This document shows positions 6,801 through 10,356 of a stretch of DNA of 10,356 nucleotides, one piece after another. The DNA comes from Promethearchaeota archaeon. GTDB taxonomy: Archaea; Asgardarchaeota; Thorarchaeia; Thorarchaeales; Thorarchaeaceae. The stretch is taken from positions 1 through 10,356 of the forward strand of contig JALVPN010000175.1 of NCBI GenBank assembly GCA_027031765.1, written 5' to 3'. The notes under the pieces were generated by a model. That model saw nothing but the letters and a program-made list of their open reading frames with translations. It had not been told where the DNA came from and did not search any database. Position 1 is the stretch's first letter. Each line of letters begins with the position of its first letter. The translations under genes and the position numbers were made by a program.

Positions 6801-6867
6801 CCTACCTGTAGCGGTACTGTGTGCCTGCCGTGTCAGGCGGTACGTACCTTCTGGGACTGACGCAGGC

Positions 6868-8016
6868 TCAGGCCAGTCCGTGGTACGGGAATACTTCTTT
6901 GTGGAGCCTTGCGAGGGTCCTGTCGAGCGCGGCTGCAACCGTCCCGGCACTGACATACATCTGTGGGACCTGGCCGGTGTCCCGGAAGGTGGTGGGGAAC
7001 GACCGGTACCCGTCCTCCCTGCACATGGCCACGAACTCTTCAGGTAGGTCACGTGGGACATCGCGGGCGAGCATGAGTGCGAGGAACAGTGTCCACAGGC
7101 GCGCGACATTCACGGGGTGGTACCCGCCGCCACCCAGAGCAAGCCATCCCATCTCGCACGTCTTGGCCAGCTCAACAAGGCCCCTCAGCACATGCTCGTA
7201 ACCCGTACTAGTGTATGCCAGCTGGGCCAGTGGGTCGAGGAAGTGGCCGTCGACACCGAGCTGTGTGACCAGTAGGTCCGGTCGGTAGCTCTTGGACAGA
7301 GGTATCACCACCTCGTTGAAGACGCGTATGAGCTCGGCATCACCAGCACCGGGTGACAGTGGCACGTTGACCGAGTACCCTGTCCCCTCGCCGGCGCCGT
7401 ACTCGAAGACATGTCCCGTGCCCGGGAACAGTGTCCTCCCACTCTGGTGTACCGAGACCGTCAGGACATCCGGTGTCCTGTAGAATGCGTTCTGGACGCC
7501 GTCTCCATGGTGTGCGTCGAAGTCGAAGTACAGCACCTTGCAGGGCCGTTCCTGCTGGATGTAGTTGATGGCAATCACGACGTCGTTGAACACACAGAAA
7601 CCCGATGCCTCGCTACGCTGGGCGTGGTGCAGTCCTCCAGAGATGCAGAATGCCATGCGTGTCCCCTGGACCATACGCTTGGCGGCCTCCAGTGTCGCAC
7701 CAACGTAGCGTGTCGCAGCCTCGTAGATTTCCCTGAAGGCCGGGTTGTCTGGCGTGCCAATGCCGTGTCTACGGTCGTAGTAGTCCGGCCCATCGCAGGC
7801 CCTGACCGCATCGATGAACTCCGCAGAGTGGAACAGCCCGAGCTCCTCGCGTGTTGCTGCCGGGGGCTCTACCACCTCGACACTCTCGTCGAGGAGCCCC
7901 ACCATGTCAGAGAGGACATACGTCAGCCTGAGGCGGTCTGGGTCCAGCGGGTGGTCGTGACGGAAACGGTATTGGAGGAGTGCCTCCGACCAGGGGTACA
8001 CTAGGCGACCGGACAT
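6868..8016 (-). CDS. acuC: AcuC-type Zn-dependent deacetylase (histone deacetylase family), 382 aa
   Basis: All catalytic motifs are intact: HP..P.R, GGLHHA, SGFCVFND, DFDAHHGDG, GVDGH..DP and LGGGGY (catalytic Tyr). Confidence 0.94.
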   Translation of the reverse strand: MSGRLVYPWSEALLQYRFRHDHPLDPDRLRLTYVLSDMVGLLDESVEVVEPPAATREELGLFHSAEFIDAVRACDGPDYYDRRHGIGTPDNPAFREIYEAATRYVGATLEAAKRMVQGTRMAFCISGGLHHAQRSEASGFCVFNDVVIAINYIQQERPCKVLYFDFDAHHGDGVQNAFYRTPDVLTVSVHQSGRTLFPGTGHVFEYGAGEGTGYSVNVPLSPGAGDAELIRVFNEVVIPLSKSYRPDLLVTQLGVDGHFLDPLAQLAYTSTGYEHVLRGLVELAKTCEMGWLALGGGGYHPVNVARLWTLFLALMLARDVPRDLPEEFVAMCREDGYRSFPTTFRDTGQVPQMYVSAGTVAAALDRTLARLHKEVFPYHGLA

Positions 8017-8448
8017 GGCTCACACCTGCAGCCAGTAGGTCCCACTCCTGTCGGAGCAGACCGTGTACGGAGCCCGTTTCCCCCTTTGGTTCTAAAATGT
8101 ATGCTCTCAATGTATGTCCTGGGCTGTCATGTCGGCACCGTCATGTCCTTGGCACACCATTGGCACACGCCACCGACCCGGGCATGGTCCTGTCGTCCCT
8201 GTCACGGTCAACTGCACCGCCCCTCACGGCAGCAGGTGCTGCGCCGTCGTGCCCTCAGCAGACTCACCGCGTAGCTGCTGCACGGAGCTCCTCGTCCCAA
8301 GATAACAGTCTGTCTGCCGGCCGCTACTGTCGGCGCCAGTAGTGCTGACACCCCGCCCTCTCTCGTCGATAGACTTAATAGTGGTCGTATCTATGTGTGC
8401 CCGGGAGGGACGAACGGCTAGTTGTGTTTGTATTTCCCTGTGCGTCGC

Positions 8449-8483
8449 CGAAAAACTTATAAGGCTACGGTGTAGTATATAAA
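8449..8483 (+). promoter_or_regulatory. BRE+TATA (CGAAAAACTTATAAG, 8449-8463) and a second TATA (TATATAAA, 8476-8483) upstream of tfb
   Basis: Purine-rich BRE immediately followed by TTATAA, then a second consensus TATA 12 nt later. The second also reads TTTATATA on the minus strand. Confidence 0.6.
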
Positions 8484-8623
8484 TGTAGCGGAACAGATGG
8501 GACTCGCAGAGAGACCAGTACACCGCGCCACATCCCAGCGCAGTTTTGATGCCTTGATTCGCCCACACGTCACACTGCAAACGCTACAGCCCGTATATGT
8601 ATGAGAGAGGTGAAACAGACAGG

Positions 8624-9610
8624 ATGGCATCACGACCAACAGGCAGCAGGGAACGCCAGACAATCAGGGGCACTGAGGAGTTCACCTGCCCGGAGTGTGG
8701 CGGGCACGAGCTGATACAGGACCCTGAGAAGGGCGAGAGGATATGCGGCACCTGCGGCCTTGTGGTCAGCGACCACCGGATTGACATGGGCCCGGAGTGG
8801 CGGGCATTCACCGCCGACGAGCGCGAGGCCAGGTCGAGGACCGGTGCACCGATGAGTTACGCCATCCATGACAAGGGCCTCTCTACAATGATTGACTGGC
8901 GTGACCACGACTCCCAGGGCAAGCGGTTCACGGCGCGGCGACGTTCGGAGATCTACCGACTGCGCAAGTGGCAGATCCGCACGCGGGTGCACAGTTCTGT
9001 GGACAGGAACCTTGCACAGGCGATGTCAGAACTGGACAGGCTGTCATCACAGCTGGGACTCAGCAAGAGCATAAAGGAGCTTGCGGCGAGGCTCTACCGG
9101 CAGCTGATTGTCAAGCGTCTGGCAAGGAGCCGGAGCATCGACGCCATGGTGGGCGCGGCAATCTACGCTGCATGTCGCATACGCAAAGCGCCGCGTTCGC
9201 TTGAGGAGATTGCGCGGCACTCAAGGGTCTCGAAGAAGAAGATTGGTCAGCACTACAGGCTCCTGGTGGGGCGGCTCAGGCTGCGGATGCCAATCTCAGA
9301 CCCGTCAAACTATGTGCCACGCTTCATCGCCCAGCTCGGTCTTCCTGGCAGAGTACAACAGAAGGTCCTTGAAATCCTTGAGGCTGCGAAGGAACAGAGG
9401 GCCCTGGTGACAGGGCGCGACCCGCGAGGACTTGCGGCAGCAGCTATTTACATTGCATCAATCCTCGTGGACGAGCGGGTTACTCAGCGTGACATCGCCA
9501 TGGCCGCTGGGGTCACTGAGGTGACAGTGAGGAACCGTTACAAGGAGCTCGTCAAGAAGCTCCACATAACAATGCTACCGGAACGAACGAACGAACGAAC
9601 AAACGAATGA
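8624..9610 (+). CDS. tfb: Transcription initiation factor IIB (TFB), copy 1
   Basis: Zn ribbon CPECG..CGTCG, B-reader GPEWRAF, DRNLAQA, two cyclin repeats (AAIYAACR; GLAAAAIY) and BRE-binding HTH TQRDIA..AGVTEVTVRNRYKEL. ATG 8624 follows SD GAGGTGA (8607-8613). Confidence 0.97.
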   Translation: MASRPTGSRERQTIRGTEEFTCPECGGHELIQDPEKGERICGTCGLVVSDHRIDMGPEWRAFTADEREARSRTGAPMSYAIHDKGLSTMIDWRDHDSQGKRFTARRRSEIYRLRKWQIRTRVHSSVDRNLAQAMSELDRLSSQLGLSKSIKELAARLYRQLIVKRLARSRSIDAMVGAAIYAACRIRKAPRSLEEIARHSRVSKKKIGQHYRLLVGRLRLRMPISDPSNYVPRFIAQLGLPGRVQQKVLEILEAAKEQRALVTGRDPRGLAAAAIYIASILVDERVTQRDIAMAAGVTEVTVRNRYKELVKKLHITMLPERTNERTNE

Positions 9611-9640
9611 ACGAACGAATGAAAGAAAGAAAGAAAGAAA
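9581..9640 (+). repeat. Compound tetranucleotide microsatellite (GAAC)5-AAAC-GAAT-(GAAC)2-GAAT-(GAAA)5
   Basis: 15 contiguous 4-nt units read directly. It spans the last nine codons (ERTNERTNE) and the stop of tfb copy 1. Confidence 0.95.
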
Positions 9641-9678
9641 GTGTATTGCGAGGCGGATTTGAGAGGATGGAGAATGGT

Positions 9679-9693
9679 GGGGGTCTGACCCCC
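9679..9693. repeat. Inverted repeat GGGGGTC-T-GACCCCC between the tfb genes
   Basis: 7-bp arms with a 1-nt centre, 16 nt upstream of ATG 9710 and 37 nt upstream of ATG 9731. Confidence 0.55.
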
Positions 9694-9730
9694 TTGACAG
9701 CACGCTACCATGGAGGGAACAAGTAGTATA

Positions 9731-10356
9731 ATGGCAGCTCAGACAGATGGAGTACACAGAGAGGATGTCAACATTGGTGGACTGGCGACAGTCTGCCCGG
9801 AGTGTGGCGGTACGAACCTGGTACAGGACGCTGAGAAGGGCGACCTGATCTGTGCGTCCTGCGGGCTCGTGGTCAGCGACCGCCATATTGATACGGGCCC
9901 GGAGTGGCGGGCATTCACAGCTGACGAGCGCGACAGTCGTGCCCGGACGGGTGCACCGCTCAGGCATACGATGCACGACAAGGGCCTCTCGACCGTGATT
10001 GACTGGCGTGACCACGACGCACACGGCACACGTTTCACAGCGTCGCAGCGGGCCCAGATCCACAGGCTCAGGAAGTGGCAGATACGGACACGGGTGCACA
10101 GCTCCCTCGACCGCAACCTGGCACAGGCCATGACAGAGATTGAACGTCTCAGCTCTCAGCTGGGCCTCACCCAGGGCATCCGGGACGAGGCTGCAAAGCT
10201 GTACCGTAGACTCATCGTGGACCGTCGTGTCCGGAGCAGATCCATCGATGCCACCGCTGCTGCTGCGGTCTATGCCGCATGTCGGCTCCGGAGGGCACCG
10301 CGGTCACTGGGTGAGATTGCAAGGTACAGCCGGGAGTCCAAGAAGAAGATTGGTGC
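9731..10356 (+). CDS. tfb: Transcription initiation factor IIB (TFB), copy 2, 3'-truncated by window end
   Basis: Manual translation: MAAQTDG...CPECGGTNLVQDAEKGDLICASCG...GPEWRAF...DRNLAQAM...AAVYAACR...SKKKIG. Open to the window end, absent from the ORF track. An alternative in-frame ATG lies at 9710. Confidence 0.95.
   Translation, partial: MAAQTDGVHREDVNIGGLATVCPECGGTNLVQDAEKGDLICASCGLVVSDRHIDTGPEWRAFTADERDSRARTGAPLRHTMHDKGLSTVIDWRDHDAHGTRFTASQRAQIHRLRKWQIRTRVHSSLDRNLAQAMTEIERLSSQLGLTQGIRDEAAKLYRRLIVDRRVRSRSIDATAAAAVYAACRLRRAPRSLGEIARYSRESKKKIG

Noticed and set aside
7980-8811. Several short ORFs in and around the acuC-tfb spacer (7980..8342, 8086..8274, 8114..8305, 8224..8580, 8457..8663, 8584..8811)
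   Set aside because: No domains or SD sites, conflicting frames, and several cross promoter elements or run antisense to tfb.
9581-9640. Repeat as CRISPR array or as tfb1 terminator
   Set aside because: It has 4-nt units with no spacers. It is A-rich on the coding strand, whereas archaeal intrinsic terminators are T-rich on that strand.
9694-9732. Perfect bacterial TTGACA and TATAAT hexamers upstream of tfb2
   Set aside because: The spacing is 27 nt rather than about 17, TATAAT overlaps the start codon, and the genome is archaeal.
9575-10131. Minus-strand ORFs 9575..10099 and 9739..10131 resembling those opposite tfb1
   Set aside because: They are antisense shadows of the two paralogous tfb genes, and their similarity simply mirrors the duplication.

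Overview
GC-rich archaeal chromosomal window. The evidence is two TFB genes, BRE/TATA promoters and GGAGG/GAGGTGA ribosome-binding sites. An Asgard-like origin is plausible from the TFB style and long intergenic spacers but is only inference. Gene order: cupin (+); a translationally coupled pair of a canonical macrodomain and a degenerate macro-like protein (-); a divergent Nudix hydrolase (+); a wHTH regulator with an upstream inverted repeat followed by a CruF/DUF422-like membrane protein (+); a small PRC-barrel protein (+); a CPFC thioredoxin-fold protein (+); an amidohydrolase_2 protein (-); an SCP2-like protein (+); an AcuC/HDAC-family deacetylase (-); and two tandem TFB paralogues (+). 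The second TFB runs off the window end and is missing from the ORF track. No tRNA, rRNA, CRISPR array or mobile element is supported. The most unusual features are the macrodomain/pseudo-macrodomain pair facing a Nudix gene, and a 60-bp (GAAN)15 microsatellite straddling the stop codon of the first tfb.
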